Under the pieces are notes generated by a model. It made no database searches and was not told where the DNA came from. It saw only the letters and a list, made by a program, of their open reading frames with translations. From the NCBI GenBank assembly GCA_021787985.1, contig JAJYLG010000004.1:22869-86868 (forward strand): DNA of 64,000 nt. The letters are read 5' to 3'. Shown in pieces: positions 1 through 9,148 of the stretch. Origin of the DNA: Chloroflexota bacterium (GTDB taxonomy: Bacteria > Chloroflexota > Dehalococcoidia > DSGV01). Each line of letters opens with the position of its first letter. The first letter of the stretch is position 1. The position numbers were made by a program, and so were the translations under genes.

Positions 1-1203
1 CTCCTTGAACAGGCCCACCGGACGCCCGGGCTGCACGCGGACGGCGATGTCGCCCTCCTCGCCCGGCTCGCAGCGTCCGCCGTCCTCGCGGATCACGGCC
101 ACCTCGAAGCCCGGCGATGGCTTGCCCATCGAGCCCGGCCTCACCTCCATGCCCGGGAAGTTCCCCACGAGCAGCACCGTCTCCGTCTGCCCGTAGCCGT
201 CCCGGATCGTCATGCCGGTCGCCTCGCGCCAGATGTCGATGACCTCGGGGTTGAGCGGCTCGCCCGCGCCGACGCAGCTTCGGAGCTCGGGGAAGCGGTA
301 CTGCTTCAGGTCCTCGAGCACCATCACGCGGTAGGCGGTCGGCGGCGCGCAGAAGCTGGTCACGCCCTCCTCCTCCAGCAGTCGCAACGTCAGCCGCGGG
401 TCGAACTTGCCGACGGCATCATGGATGAACAGCGCCGCGCCCTGCGACCATGGCCCGAAGAAGCAGCCCCACGCCGCTTTCGCCCAGCCGGTGTCCGACA
501 GCGTCCAGTGCAGGTCGTTCGGCCCCACCGCCAGCCACGCGCCGCCGGTGACGCGATGCCCGATGCCGTAGCTGGCGTGCGTGTGCACCACCATCTTCGG
601 GTAGCCCGTCGTGCCGGATGTGAAGTAGATCAGCATCGGCTCACTGGACGGGAACGGCTCGCTGGCGAAGACCGGCGCCTCGCGCGCGGCCTCATCGAGC
701 AGATTGACGGCTCCGGCCGGCGCGTCGCCGACGACGAACACTGTCTGCACCGTCTCGAGCTGACCGCGCACCTCGATCACCTTGTGCACGTTCTCCGCGT
801 CAGTGACGATCGCCTTCGCCTTCGCGCTGTTCGAACGGAAGACGAAGTCGCGGCCGGTCAGCAGCGTGGTCCCCGGCACCGCCACCGCGCCCAGTCGCAT
901 CAGCGCCAGCAACGTCTCCCACCATGCCGGGATGCGCGACAGCACCACCACCACGTTTTCGCCACGGCCGATCCCATGCCGTGCGAACACGTTGGCGATG
1001 CGCTTCGAGCCGTTCGCGAACTCGCGGAACGTGACCGTGCGGCGTTCGCCGTCGCGCCCACGCCACACCATGCCGACGCGGTTGCGCTCCTCGGCCCAGC
1101 GGTCGACAACGTTCGTGGCGAAGTTGAAGGTCGCCGGAACCTCCAGGTGGAAGGTCTGCAGCAGCCGGGTGTAGGGGTCCTCGTGCTCGGCCGTCGTTGC
1201 CAT
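1..1203 (-). CDS. AMP-dependent synthetase/ligase (acyl-CoA synthetase family). Start codon is at 1203; the C-terminus runs off the window edge
   Basis: Minus-strand translation begins MATTAEHEDPYTRLL and contains the AMP-binding signature IYFTSGTTGYPK and GYGQTE. It is absent from the ORF track because it runs off the edge. Confidence 0.8.
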   Translation of the reverse strand, partial: MATTAEHEDPYTRLLQTFHLEVPATFNFATNVVDRWAEERNRVGMVWRGRDGERRTVTFREFANGSKRIANVFARHGIGRGENVVVVLSRIPAWWETLLALMRLGAVAVPGTTLLTGRDFVFRSNSAKAKAIVTDAENVHKVIEVRGQLETVQTVFVVGDAPAGAVNLLDEAAREAPVFASEPFPSSEPMLIYFTSGTTGYPKMVVHTHASYGIGHRVTGGAWLAVGPNDLHWTLSDTGWAKAAWGCFFGPWSQGAALFIHDAVGKFDPRLTLRLLEEEGVTSFCAPPTAYRVMVLEDLKQYRFPELRSCVGAGEPLNPEVIDIWREATGMTIRDGYGQTETVLLVGNFPGMEVRPGSMGKPSPGFEVAVIREDGGRCEPGEEGDIAVRVQPGRPVGLFKE

Positions 1204-1325
1204 ACCATCTCCCCCCAACGTCTCTTGTGCTTCGGTTCCCCCATTATGCGGCCCTCATCCCGGCGGGGCGAGCGGACGCGCGGGCTGGCATGCGCCTCAG
1301 CGCCGCCCGGCCGTAGCATGGACCC

Positions 1326-2066
1326 ATGGGCACCACACCGGGGATCTACCTGGACCTCCAGTTCCCCGACCCGCCGCCGGGTCGCCCGTACGTCTACTGC
1401 AACATGGTCAGCTCGCTCGACGGCAAGGTCGTCGTCGACGGGACCGAGCGCGGCCTGGGCTCTTCAGCGGATCGGGGAGCCATGCGCGAGCTCCGGCTCC
1501 ATGCCGACGCCGTGATCAATGGCGCCGGCACACTCCGCGCCAGCGGCGCCTCGCCACGCCTGCCCGACGACCTGGCGGCCCTGCGGTTGGCGGCCGGTCG
1601 CACGCGCTATCCCCTGGCGGTGGTTGTCAGCGCCAGCGCCGACCTGCCGCTCGACCAGCCCTTCTTCCGTGATGGCTCGTTCCACGCGGCCGTGTTCGTC
1701 CGCGAGGACGCCCCCGCCGAGCGGCTCGGGCGCCTGCGCGCCACCGGGCGGCGGGTTGTCGCGCTCCCGGCGGAGGGATTCGTCGGCGCCGTCCTTGCCG
1801 CGCTACGGGGCGATTTCGGTGTCCGCCATCTGCTGTGCGAGGGCGGCCCACGGCTCAACCGCGCGTTGCTCGACGCGGGCGCGCTCGACGAGCTCTTCCT
1901 CACCCTGACGCCGAAGATCGTGGGCGGCGAGGGGCTCACCGCCGTCCATGGCGGTGGCCCCTACCCGCGCGCCGCACTCCCAAGGTTCGGCCTCGTCTCC
2001 GTCCGGCCGTGGCCCGAGACGGGCGAATGCTTCCTGCGCTACCGGTATGAACGACGAGACGGCTGA
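1326..2066 (+). CDS. RibD C-terminal domain / dihydrofolate-reductase-like reductase family protein
   Basis: 246 aa. Contains VSSLDGK...GG.LN..L..VDEL.L..P...GG, typical of the bacterial bifunctional deaminase-reductase C-terminal domain. Confidence 0.7.
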   Translation: MGTTPGIYLDLQFPDPPPGRPYVYCNMVSSLDGKVVVDGTERGLGSSADRGAMRELRLHADAVINGAGTLRASGASPRLPDDLAALRLAAGRTRYPLAVVVSASADLPLDQPFFRDGSFHAAVFVREDAPAERLGRLRATGRRVVALPAEGFVGAVLAALRGDFGVRHLLCEGGPRLNRALLDAGALDELFLTLTPKIVGGEGLTAVHGGGPYPRAALPRFGLVSVRPWPETGECFLRYRYERRDG

Positions 2067-2379
2067 ACGCCCGCTGCCGGCGCTGGAGACGGCGCACGCT
2101 CCCCGCGCCGCCATCGCTCGGCTGGAGAAGGGCGGCAGGCTGCGCCTTCCCGAGGAGATGCTGCGCCGCTACGGGCTCCGCCCGGGCCAGCCCGTCGCCG
2201 TCCAGGAGCGGGGCGACGGGCTGCGCGTTGTGGCGCTCGACGTGCTGCTGGCGGAGATGTGGGGCGGCACCGCCGGCTATCTCGCCGAGCGGGACATCAC
2301 CACCGGCGACCTGATCGAGGCGGCCCGCACCGCACGCCGCGACTGCTACCGCGACGTCTTCCTGGCGCGAGATGGCTGA
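2047..2379 (+). CDS. AbrB/MazE (SpoVT_AbrB) family antitoxin, VapB-like
   Basis: Internal ATG at 2047 in ORF 1948..2379. Swapped-hairpin-like segment RLRLPEEMLRRYGLRPGQPVAVQERGDGLRVV. Its stop overlaps the start of the downstream PIN gene (ATGGCTGA). Confidence 0.55.
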   Translation: MNDETAERPLPALETAHAPRAAIARLEKGGRLRLPEEMLRRYGLRPGQPVAVQERGDGLRVVALDVLLAEMWGGTAGYLAERDITTGDLIEAARTARRDCYRDVFLARDG

Positions 2380-2791
2380 GCCGCGTGTCTTTATCGACAG
2401 CAGCGTCCTGCTTGCGGCGTTCGCCGGCGACGCGCAGGCGCAGCGCGTCGTGCTGGCGGCGGCGCGCGGCCGCATCCGCGCGGTCGTCAGCGACTGGGTG
2501 GCCGAGGAGGTGACACGGGCGTTGGCCCGTCGCGCGCCGGCCATCGCGCCGACCGTCTCGCTCGTCCTCGACGCGCTCCAAGCGGACGAGGTCATCGTCC
2601 CGACGGACGAGGAGGCGGCGGACTACATCGGCGGCGAGCCGATCGACGGGCCGATGATCGCTGCCGCCGAGGAGGGCGACGCCCGCTATCTGGTCACGTG
2701 CGACCCGGCGCTGCTGGACCGGCGGCAGGCGATCGCGAAGCGCCACGTTCAGGCGCTCACCCCGGCCGAGGCCGCCGCCCGCTGGCGCTAG
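2372..2791 (+). CDS. PIN-domain ribonuclease toxin, VapC-like
   Basis: 139 aa. N-terminal VFIDSSVLLAAF with conserved acidic residues. Overlaps the upstream antitoxin by 8 nt. Confidence 0.7.
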   Translation: MAEPRVFIDSSVLLAAFAGDAQAQRVVLAAARGRIRAVVSDWVAEEVTRALARRAPAIAPTVSLVLDALQADEVIVPTDEEAADYIGGEPIDGPMIAAAEEGDARYLVTCDPALLDRRQAIAKRHVQALTPAEAAARWR

Positions 2792-2823
2792 CCAGCCGCC
2801 CCGGCACGCCTGCCGCCGTGTGG

Positions 2824-3666
2824 TCACCCGAGCTCGAGCGGCAGCCGAGGGTGCGACCGTCCGTCTGGCCGGAAGCCCGCGAACACCCGAACGTCCGGGT
2901 AGCCCAGGCGTCTGAGGGCCAGAAAGGCGACCGCCGCGTGCGTCCAATGACTTCCGTACAGGACAACGGTCTTGTCCGGGGTCACGCCCCGCCCCAGGAA
3001 CATCGCCTGGGCCGTGGCCGCCGGTACCATGGCTCCGGTCGCCGCCAGCAGCTCACCCCAATACAGCCAAGCGGCCAGCGGCAGGTGGCCGGCCCGCCAT
3101 CCCGGCGCCGGCATGTCGAACCCGCGGAACTCGGGCTCCGTCCGCACGTCCAGCAGGACCGCGGACTCGAATCGGTCCAGGACGTCCATCACTTCATCGG
3201 CGGTCGCGACGACCGGCGTCCTCGACGCGGAGGTCGCGTCGCTGCCCGGGCCCGCGAGGTGATCGCCGCTCGCCGCCCTCGTCGCGGGTTCGTTTCGCTT
3301 CAACGCCGTGAAGCCGCCGTCCAGCACGCACACGTTCCGCACGCCCGCGGCGCACAACGCCAGGTAGCAGCCGGCGCTCACGGGGTCCGTCGTGTTTCCG
3401 CAGAGCACGATCCGACGGCCCTGCAGCGGCTGGAGCGCAGCGCCGAGCGCCTCCCACGCCCGCATGTCCACGCCAAGCCGCCCCGGCTGGCTCAGCGCGC
3501 GCCGCAGGAGCCGCCACGGCACGCCGTGCGCCGCCGCCGGCCGCATCAGCCTGCGCTGCTCCGGCGCTCGCACATCGACCAGGACCGCCTTCCCCTGCGC
3601 GGCCAGCTCGTGGCAGCGATCGGGGGCGATCAACGCGGACCGCGTGTCTTCAGCCGTCGTCTGCAC
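2824..3666 (-). CDS. Rhodanese-domain protein (two rhodanese-like domains)
   Basis: VLLDVRTEPEFRG...GH.PLA and VLVDVRAPEQ...CGNTTDPVS rhodanese motifs. Probable GTG start at 3666, overlapping the upstream gene's stop by 1 nt. The ORF-track start at 3738 would overlap the upstream gene by 72 nt. Confidence 0.65.
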   Translation of the reverse strand: MQTTAEDTRSALIAPDRCHELAAQGKAVLVDVRAPEQRRLMRPAAAHGVPWRLLRRALSQPGRLGVDMRAWEALGAALQPLQGRRIVLCGNTTDPVSAGCYLALCAAGVRNVCVLDGGFTALKRNEPATRAASGDHLAGPGSDATSASRTPVVATADEVMDVLDRFESAVLLDVRTEPEFRGFDMPAPGWRAGHLPLAAWLYWGELLAATGAMVPAATAQAMFLGRGVTPDKTVVLYGSHWTHAAVAFLALRRLGYPDVRVFAGFRPDGRSHPRLPLELG

Positions 3667-4517
3667 TAGCTCACCTCGAGCGGGAAGTCGTCTGGAAGCC
3701 TCGTCCACTCGTACATCGACCCGAGGTACACGCGACACGGGTAGCCGAGCTCTCGGAGGACGAGGTACGTGTTGCTGGCCCGGTGACTTCGCTGGCAGTA
3801 CACGATGGTCTCGCGCCCACGGGACACGCCGAGCTCGCCGAGCATCGCCTCGAGCTCCTGCCGCGGCCGTAGACGACGTTCGTCGGTCAGGAAATCAACC
3901 CAGTGGGTCCACGCAACCCCGGGCAGATGGCCGACGCGCGGGTTCCCCTGCAGACGCACCCAGCCGCGGAACTCCGCCTCGCTGCGGACGTCCAGCACCG
4001 TGACTCCCGCTCCGTCGACGAGCAAGCTGCGCAGCTCGGAGGCAGAGCAGACCATCTCCTGCCGCGGGGCAGGGCGCCACGCCGGTCCACGGGCGTGCGT
4101 CGCTTCGCCGCGACCGCGGGCCACCGGGCCGCCCGCCTCCACCCAATCAGGGAACCCTCCGTGCAGCACATACGCCCGCGGGTGTCCCAGGTAGCGGAGG
4201 ATGAAGAGCCCGCGCGGCGCGCGGTTGCTCAAACCCTTGTCGTACAGCACGACGGTGGTGTCCGGCGTGACGCCGACGGCGGCGTAGAGCGCCGCCCACT
4301 GCCGCCGCACCGCACCCAAGCTCCGCGGGTCCGTCCCGCCGATCAGGCGCAGGAAGGTCGGCAGGTGTACGGCGCCGGGGATGTGACCCGCCTCGTACTC
4401 GGCGCGAGGGCGCTCGTCGATGACCAGCGCCGGCTCGGCGGCGAGCCGCTGCCGCAGCCAGCCGGCGCTCACGAGCCAGGAATCGCGGCCGAGGTCATCC
4501 GAACTCGAGCTAGGCAT
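3666..4517 (-). CDS. sseA: 3-mercaptopyruvate/thiosulfate sulfurtransferase (SseA-like, tandem rhodanese)
   Basis: Internal start MPSSSSDDLGRDSWLVSAGWL at 4517. Two rhodanese domains with catalytic CQRSHRAS. The first 150 aa of the listed ORF are Arg/Gly-rich junk. Confidence 0.75.
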   Translation of the reverse strand: MPSSSSDDLGRDSWLVSAGWLRQRLAAEPALVIDERPRAEYEAGHIPGAVHLPTFLRLIGGTDPRSLGAVRRQWAALYAAVGVTPDTTVVLYDKGLSNRAPRGLFILRYLGHPRAYVLHGGFPDWVEAGGPVARGRGEATHARGPAWRPAPRQEMVCSASELRSLLVDGAGVTVLDVRSEAEFRGWVRLQGNPRVGHLPGVAWTHWVDFLTDERRLRPRQELEAMLGELGVSRGRETIVYCQRSHRASNTYLVLRELGYPCRVYLGSMYEWTRLPDDFPLEVS

Positions 4518-4531
4518 ACGCACCACCTTCG

Positions 4532-4948
4532 TCAGGTCTTGGGCGTCTCGGGAGGGCGAAACGAGAACGCGTGCTCGATCGTCACCGGTGACCTGAGCGT
4601 GTTGCTGATCGTGCAGCGCGTGCCGACCCGCTCCACCATCTCCATCTGGCGCTCGCTCAAGCCGCGGTGACGCACTTCCGCGGATACGCGGATCTCTCCA
4701 TAGCGTCGCGGGCTCGCGGTCGGCTCCGCTTCCAGGGACAGCGCCAGCGCTTCGATCGCCCCTTTGCCCAGGGCCTCGTGCTGCAGCAAGGTCCGCATCG
4801 TGCAGAGCGCGAGCGCCATGAGCAGCAGGTCTCCCGAGCGGGGCATCTCGGGGTCGCCCTCGCCACCGTCGGGGAGCTGCAACCGGAACCCGCCGGCATC
4901 GAAGCAGAACCCTTCCCCGTCTTTGTAGGACGCGACCAGCCTCGCCAC
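4532..4948 (-). CDS. OsmC/Ohr family peroxiredoxin-like protein
   Basis: LLLMALALCTMRTLLQHEALGKG and the C-terminal fold motif of OsmC. GTG start chosen at 4948; the ORF-track start at 5023 is probably too long. Confidence 0.65.
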   Translation of the reverse strand: MARLVASYKDGEGFCFDAGGFRLQLPDGGEGDPEMPRSGDLLLMALALCTMRTLLQHEALGKGAIEALALSLEAEPTASPRRYGEIRVSAEVRHRGLSERQMEMVERVGTRCTISNTLRSPVTIEHAFSFRPPETPKT

Positions 4949-5006
4949 CAGACCTGCCCCCTTTCGCCTGCGCCACGAATCCGACCGATTGCTTTGCGGC
5001 CCGCCG

Positions 5007-6704
5007 CTAGGTCCTGTACGCATCGACCAGGTACTCCTGCCCCATCGTGAATATCCAGCTCATATGCACGTTCGCCTGGTGTATGTGATAGCTGATGTCG
5101 AGCACATGCGGGACGTTGTACATCCGGTCAGCCATGATGTCTACGACGTTCTTCACGTCTTCCGTCCGCTTCCGTGGATCGAGCTCCCGCCGCTGCTTCT
5201 CGATCGCCGCCAGCAGCTCCGCGTCGTCAGACAGGAGCGGCCCGAGGCCGGGAGCGAGCAGCCGTGGGCTGCCCGGGGCCCACAGCACGGCGAAGTACAC
5301 GTCTGGGTCCGCCGCGACGAGATTGGCGCCGATCGCGAATCCGCCCTTCCACTTCCCGCCCGTCACCACCGTCGAGTAGAACTCGGCGAACGGCAGCGAC
5401 TTGAGATTGGTGGTCACGCCCACCGCCTTCAGCTCCTGCTGCGTCAGCTCAGCATCCTGCAACTGGCCCGGCGTCCACACGTTCGACGCGAGGAAGTCAT
5501 AGGGCCCGATCTTGTCCGCGCCGGCCGCGCTGAGCAGCGCCTTGGCCTCGCCCGGGTTGTGAGCGTAGTACTTGGCGTTCGGGAAGGCACCCTTCGTTGG
5601 GTCGAAGTAGAATTCGTTCAGCACGCCATACGGCAGGCACCACATCCCCTGGCCGTAGGGCCTGATGAGATCGTCCCGATTCAAGCTCATCGACAACGCC
5701 TGCCGCACGCGCTTGTCCTGGAACACACGCTCGTTGAGGTCGAAGCCGAGCCAGTTGTTCCCTTGCCTCGGATAGGGCAGGAACGTTCCGCCCGGCAGCG
5801 CGCCTTTCAGCGATGAAACGTCATTGGCGCCGACCACTCCCGTCCACCCCAGGGAGTCGAGATCCTTGGTTCTCAACGCCGACATCGTCGTCGACGGATC
5901 CGGCACGATCTTGTAGAGCACCCGGTCGAGGTAGGGCCGGTCGGGGATGAAGTAGCTCGGGTTGCGCTCGAAGGCCACCTGTGCTCCCACCTGATACCCG
6001 CGGAAGAGAAACGGGCCCGCGCTCCACATGTCCTTCTTCAACTGATCTCCGTCGAACAGCTCCGGCGGCTGAATGCAGAACATGTTCGGCGCGGTCAAGT
6101 GGTTCAGGAACGGCCCGAGCGGCTTCGACAGCGTGAATCTCACCGTCTGGTCGTCCACGGCCTCGACCTTGTTCACGTCCTTCAGCAGGAGCCGGTTGAC
6201 GCTCGCGGTTCGGAAGCGCTCCCAGTTCTGCAGGACGTCATGGGCGGTGACTGCGCGCCCATTGAGCGGCGCCTTCTCCTCCCATCGTGCCTTGCGCAGC
6301 TTGAAGACATAGGTCGTCGTATCCGGCTGCTCCGGCATCGCCGCGGCCAGGTCGGGCACGCTCCGGTAGTCGATCGGGCCGATCCCGGGGCCGGTGGCGT
6401 ACTTCAGCAGGCGCGGGTACACCATCGCGGCGTACATGACCGAGCGATAGTTCGGCGTCTTCATGTAGTCGAAGCTCGGCGGATCGCCGTCGTCGTGGAG
6501 GGTCAGCGTGCCACCCTTGACCGGCGCAGCCGTAGCCGATGTTGCGGCGGTCCCGGTTGACTCCGGCGCAGCCGGCTTGCTCTTGCCGCCGCACCCGGCC
6601 ACGAAGCCGGCCGCGCCCAGTCCCGTGACGGCGACCCCTCCCAGGAAGACCCGCCTCCGGATCCTGCGCGCAGCGTATCGCTCCCAGTAGGACGTCTCTG
6701 GCAT
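5007..6704 (-). CDS. ABC transporter substrate-binding protein, family 5 (peptide/nickel type), Tat/lipoprotein signal
   Basis: Start MPETSYWERYAARRIRRRVFLGGVAVTGLGAAGFVAGC gives a twin-arginine motif plus a lipobox. The rest is an SBP_bac_5-like body of about 560 aa. Confidence 0.8.
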   Translation of the reverse strand: MPETSYWERYAARRIRRRVFLGGVAVTGLGAAGFVAGCGGKSKPAAPESTGTAATSATAAPVKGGTLTLHDDGDPPSFDYMKTPNYRSVMYAAMVYPRLLKYATGPGIGPIDYRSVPDLAAAMPEQPDTTTYVFKLRKARWEEKAPLNGRAVTAHDVLQNWERFRTASVNRLLLKDVNKVEAVDDQTVRFTLSKPLGPFLNHLTAPNMFCIQPPELFDGDQLKKDMWSAGPFLFRGYQVGAQVAFERNPSYFIPDRPYLDRVLYKIVPDPSTTMSALRTKDLDSLGWTGVVGANDVSSLKGALPGGTFLPYPRQGNNWLGFDLNERVFQDKRVRQALSMSLNRDDLIRPYGQGMWCLPYGVLNEFYFDPTKGAFPNAKYYAHNPGEAKALLSAAGADKIGPYDFLASNVWTPGQLQDAELTQQELKAVGVTTNLKSLPFAEFYSTVVTGGKWKGGFAIGANLVAADPDVYFAVLWAPGSPRLLAPGLGPLLSDDAELLAAIEKQRRELDPRKRTEDVKNVVDIMADRMYNVPHVLDISYHIHQANVHMSWIFTMGQEYLVDAYRT

Positions 6705-6854
6705 GATCCGCTCCTCCCCCGTTGTGCCGCTCCGACAGACCGCCAGAACGCACGCGCCAAGCCTGGCCACGCGGATCGCCGCGGGCGCTCCCCGACGCGT
6801 GACCGCGCCTCATACCGGCGCGACGGCGGCCCCCCCTGCCGGATGCCACCGAGA

Positions 6855-6870
6855 GTAACCGGACGGTTAC
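6855..6870. promoter_or_regulatory. Perfect palindrome GTAACCGgaCGGTTAC about 150 nt upstream of the substrate-binding protein gene; candidate operator
   Basis: 7-bp inverted arms with a 2-nt spacer in the 5' intergenic region of the minus-strand transporter gene. Confidence 0.3.
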
Positions 6871-6974
6871 CATCTGTCAACCGCTTGCGCTCGCTCGAAC
6901 ACCGCCGACTGGGCTCAGGGCTGCTTCGCCCGACCGGGCTCCTTGTGCTGACCAAGGAGCTTCGCGCCGCGCCT

Positions 6975-8198
6975 CTACGGTCGGCCACGCTCCCGTAGCA
7001 GCGCGACCACCTCGTCCCAGATGCGCTGGGCAACCGCGTACTTCGGCAGCAGCGGCAACGGTATCTCGCTCCCGTCGCGCCGCAACATCGTCACCCGGTT
7101 GGTGTCGCTGCCGAAGCCGCTGCCCGCCGCCGTCACGTCATTCACCACCAGCAGGTCCAGACCCTTGCGGACCATCTTCGACCGGGCCGCCTCCAGCACC
7201 TCGTGCGTCTCCGCCGCGAACCCCGCGATCAGGCATCCAGGACCCGCCGACGCCTTCGCCTCCGCCAGCACGTCCGGCGTCCGCGCCAGCTCCAGCGCCA
7301 GCGACTCGCGCTCACCGCGCTTGATCTTGCGCTGCTCGCTCGCCGCCGGCGCGAAGTCCGCCACCGCCGCCGCCATGACCAGCGCGTCCGCCTCGCTCAC
7401 CGCCGCGACGACCGCGTCGCGCATCTCCGCCGCGCGCTCGACGGCCACGTGCTCGATGCCGTACGCCGTCTCCGGCGGCGGCACCGTCGAGACGAGCACC
7501 ACCTGCGCCCCGCGGTCCCGAGCAGCCTCGGCCAGGGCGAACCCCATCTTGCCGGACGAGCGGTTGCCCACGTAGCGCACCGGGTCGATCGGCTCGCGTG
7601 TACCGCCGGCGGTGACGACCACCCGCCGGCCGGCCATGTCGCCCGAACGCCCGAGCAGCCAGCGCACGGCGCCGAGCAGCGCCGGCACCTCGACCATGCG
7701 CCCGGTGCCGCTGGCCCCGCTGGCGAGTCGCCCCTCGGCCGGGCCGACCACGTGCACCCCGCGCTCGCGCAGCCGCGCCAGGTTGGCCTGGGTCGCCGCG
7801 TTGGCGTGCATGTGCTCCTCCATCGCCGGGGCGATGAGGAGCGGCGCAGCCGTGGCGAGCGCCGTCAGGGTCACCATGTCGTTCGCCATGCCCGCCGCCA
7901 GGCGCGCGATCGCGTCGGCGCTGGCAGGCGCCACGACCATCACCTCGGCCCGTTGCGCCAGGCCGACGTGCTCGACCGCCAGCTCGCTGTGGACGTCGAA
8001 CGGGTCAAGCGCCACCGGCCGGCCGGAGAGCGCGCGGAACGTCAGCGGGGCGATGAACCGCGCGGCGGCGGGCGTCATCGCCACGTCCACCGTAGCGCCG
8101 AGCTGCGTCAGCTTGCTGACCAGGTCGGCCGCCTTGTAGGCCGCGATGCTGCCCGTGACGCCGACGACGACGCGCCTAGCGCTCAGCATGCGGGCCAC
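6975..8198 (-). CDS. coaBC: Bifunctional phosphopantothenoylcysteine decarboxylase / phosphopantothenate-cysteine ligase
   Basis: 407 aa. N-terminal flavoprotein VVVGVTGSIAAYKA and C-terminal DFP/CoaB domain VVTAGGTREPIDPVRYVGNRSSGKMG. Confidence 0.9.
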   Translation of the reverse strand: MARMLSARRVVVGVTGSIAAYKAADLVSKLTQLGATVDVAMTPAAARFIAPLTFRALSGRPVALDPFDVHSELAVEHVGLAQRAEVMVVAPASADAIARLAAGMANDMVTLTALATAAPLLIAPAMEEHMHANAATQANLARLRERGVHVVGPAEGRLASGASGTGRMVEVPALLGAVRWLLGRSGDMAGRRVVVTAGGTREPIDPVRYVGNRSSGKMGFALAEAARDRGAQVVLVSTVPPPETAYGIEHVAVERAAEMRDAVVAAVSEADALVMAAAVADFAPAASEQRKIKRGERESLALELARTPDVLAEAKASAGPGCLIAGFAAETHEVLEAARSKMVRKGLDLLVVNDVTAAGSGFGSDTNRVTMLRRDGSEIPLPLLPKYAVAQRIWDEVVALLRERGRP

Positions 8199-8952
8199 GG
8201 TTCAGGTCGTAGATGATGCGCAGCCCCGTCAGCGTCAGGTTCGGTTCCACCTGCTGGATGGCCGGTGTCTCGCGCGCAATGAGCGAGGCGTAGCCGCCGG
8301 TGGCCACCACGGTCGCGTTCCCGCCCAGCTCGCGCTGGAAGCGGTCCACGATCCCCTCCACCAGCCCCACGTAGCCGAACATGATGCCGCTCTGCATCGC
8401 ATGCACGGTGTTCTTGCCGATAGCGCACCGTGGCCGTTCGAGCTCGATGCGGTACAGCATGGCGGCATGCTCGAAGAGCGCGTTGGCCGCGATGCCGATC
8501 CCGGGCGCGATCGCGCCGCCCAGATAGTCGCCCTCGCGAGAGACGGCGTCGAACACCGTGGCCGTGCCGAAATCGACCACGATCACGGGCGGGCCGTACA
8601 GGCGGATGGCGGCGACGGCGTCGATGATCCGGTCCGGGCCGACGTCACGCGGGCTGTCGTAGAGGATGCGCACGCCGGTGCGCACGCCAGAGCCGACGAC
8701 GAGCGGCTGGATGCCGAAGTAGCGCCGCGCGAGCTCCTCGAACGTCTGAGTCAGCGGCGGCACCGTGCTGCCCAGGACGCAGTCGCTGATCTGCTCCGGG
8801 CTGACTCCGCCGTTGCGGAGCAGCGAGAGGATGATGATGGCGTACTCGTCAGTGAGCCGGTTGGCGTTGGCCGCGAGGCGGTAGCTGGCGACCAGCTCCT
8901 CGCTGCGGAACACCCCCAAGTGCACGCTGGTGTTGCCGATGTCGACCGCCAT
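8176..8952 (-). CDS. coaX: Type III pantothenate kinase
   Basis: Start MAVDIGNTSVHLG at 8952. Motifs VVDFGTATVFD and GKNTVHAMQSG. Its stop overlaps the coaBC start. Confidence 0.85.
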   Translation of the reverse strand: MAVDIGNTSVHLGVFRSEELVASYRLAANANRLTDEYAIIILSLLRNGGVSPEQISDCVLGSTVPPLTQTFEELARRYFGIQPLVVGSGVRTGVRILYDSPRDVGPDRIIDAVAAIRLYGPPVIVVDFGTATVFDAVSREGDYLGGAIAPGIGIAANALFEHAAMLYRIELERPRCAIGKNTVHAMQSGIMFGYVGLVEGIVDRFQRELGGNATVVATGGYASLIARETPAIQQVEPNLTLTGLRIIYDLNRGPHAER

Positions 8953-9148
8953 CAGCAGGTCGGGCTGCTCTGTGACCACGAGGGACCTCCCGTGCCGGAC
9001 AACGAAGCGCGCCGATCGTAGCGGAGGCGAGCGCCCCTGGCAACGCCGCCCGGGCGCCCGCCGCCATGCGAGGCCAACGACGGCCATCTGAGGTACGGCG
9101 GGCCCGCGGTCCCCCCGGGGTCCACCCCGCCCGCCCCTGGCTCGCGGG

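Noticed and set aside
421-1515. 364-aa plus-strand ORF and several nested ORFs at 782-1319
   Set aside because: Arg/Ala/Pro-rich low-complexity translation, typical of antisense reading of a high-GC gene. The opposite strand encodes a well-supported AMP-binding ligase (IYFTSGTTGYPK).
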